Assembly (NCBI RefSeq): GCF_964355755.1
Contig: NC_092671.1
Coordinates: forward strand, 19,778,001-19,842,000
Source: Antedon mediterranea
Taxonomy: Eukaryota; Animalia; Echinodermata
Reading direction: 5' to 3'
DNA: 64,000 nt
Shown: positions 63,096 through 64,000 of the stretch, piece by piece
Position numbering within the stretch: position 1 is the stretch's first letter
How the letters are laid out: the number at the start of each line of letters is the position of its first letter
Position numbers and translations under genes: made by a program
Notes under the pieces: generated by a model
What the model was told of the DNA's origin: nothing
Seen by the model: the letters and a program-made list of their open reading frames with translations, nothing else
Databases searched by the model: none

Positions 63096-64000
63096 GATCA
63101 AACTTTTATTTTATAATGAGTTTATAGAGAGTTTTTTTTTTAAAGTTAGTTTAATAATAATTGGTCACGACAGTATTTAAAAGAAACGTTGAAATAATAG
63201 TAATTACAATGCTTTAGGTTTCCTGTAAATAATGTGATTTTGATAATTATACAGTTTTATAAAATAATATGAAATCGTTGTAAAATATAGATATGTAATT
63301 TAAATAATAAAGTTAAAAATACTGTAATAAAGTGTTAAATTAGTAATTATTGCATTATCCGTGCATACAACGCTGCGATGTTCAAGACAGATTATGTACT
63401 TATTGTGAATAGAATGATTTTTACCCAAGCTTATTAAGCATAAACACCTGTTAGGGCCAGGGATTGGGAAAAATGATAGTTAGTATTTTAATTTTGTTTA
63501 TGAAGTCACAGTTATTATCCGAAACTCACAAAATTGAACTCAATGATCTATGATCAAAATCTTACGTAAAGGCAGAGAAGAGTGAATTTCACTCTTCCTT
63601 GTTAAAGGTCAAAATCTACAAAATACTATTTTAGCCTAAATATTCGCCTACAGGCTACACGTTTTATCTGAATCTCCCCACAACATCTGGGGTGGTTACA
63701 TTTTGAGGACAGTATGATTGGAAGTCAAGGTCGCAATCCAAAACTAGGATTATATTATAATATCACATGCATTGAATAATGAAATCGAGTTGTTTAAGGA
63801 ACTAGAGAAATGTAGTGGTGTGATGTACGCAAAATAACTATGTTATATACTGTAACATGGTTTATTAAATCAACTTTTTATTTATTAGGTAGAAACACCA
63901 CCACTGGTTGATATTCTTTGATTTTCCTTTACATATAACATTATATAACAAATCCGATGTAATGCTGCTGCACATGTCTTCTGGTACCACAAAGAGCTAC

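Overview
AT-rich, intron-containing animal genomic DNA (marine invertebrate, possibly echinoderm; taxon is inference). There are no operons, rRNA or CRISPR. I reconstructed four spliced genes by hand from GT-AG boundaries with consistent intron phase. Two are MEGF10/CED-1/SREC-like EGF-repeat single-pass receptors on + (1072-4510, 5' part outside the window; 58866-63095, 5' exons unresolved). Between them are two convergent paralogous signal peptide-CUB-LDLa-TM-PPxY receptors (19495-23636 +; 33428-35207 -). Most of the rest is nested mobile DNA. It includes an RTE LINE broken by stacked insertions (a TIR element holding a solo LTR, and a repeat holding an inverted Penelope), two Academ-like long-TIR elements (one enclosing a decayed Neptune/Penelope RT-GIY-YIG), an L2/CR1-group LINE, Kolobok-like and Harbinger-like non-autonomous elements, and SINEs. 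It also includes a structurally complete Ngaro (DIRS-order) element with identical split direct repeats, decayed ORFs and an internal 45-bp satellite flanked by AP-1-site-rich repeats. Most short ORFs in the supplied track are spurious.
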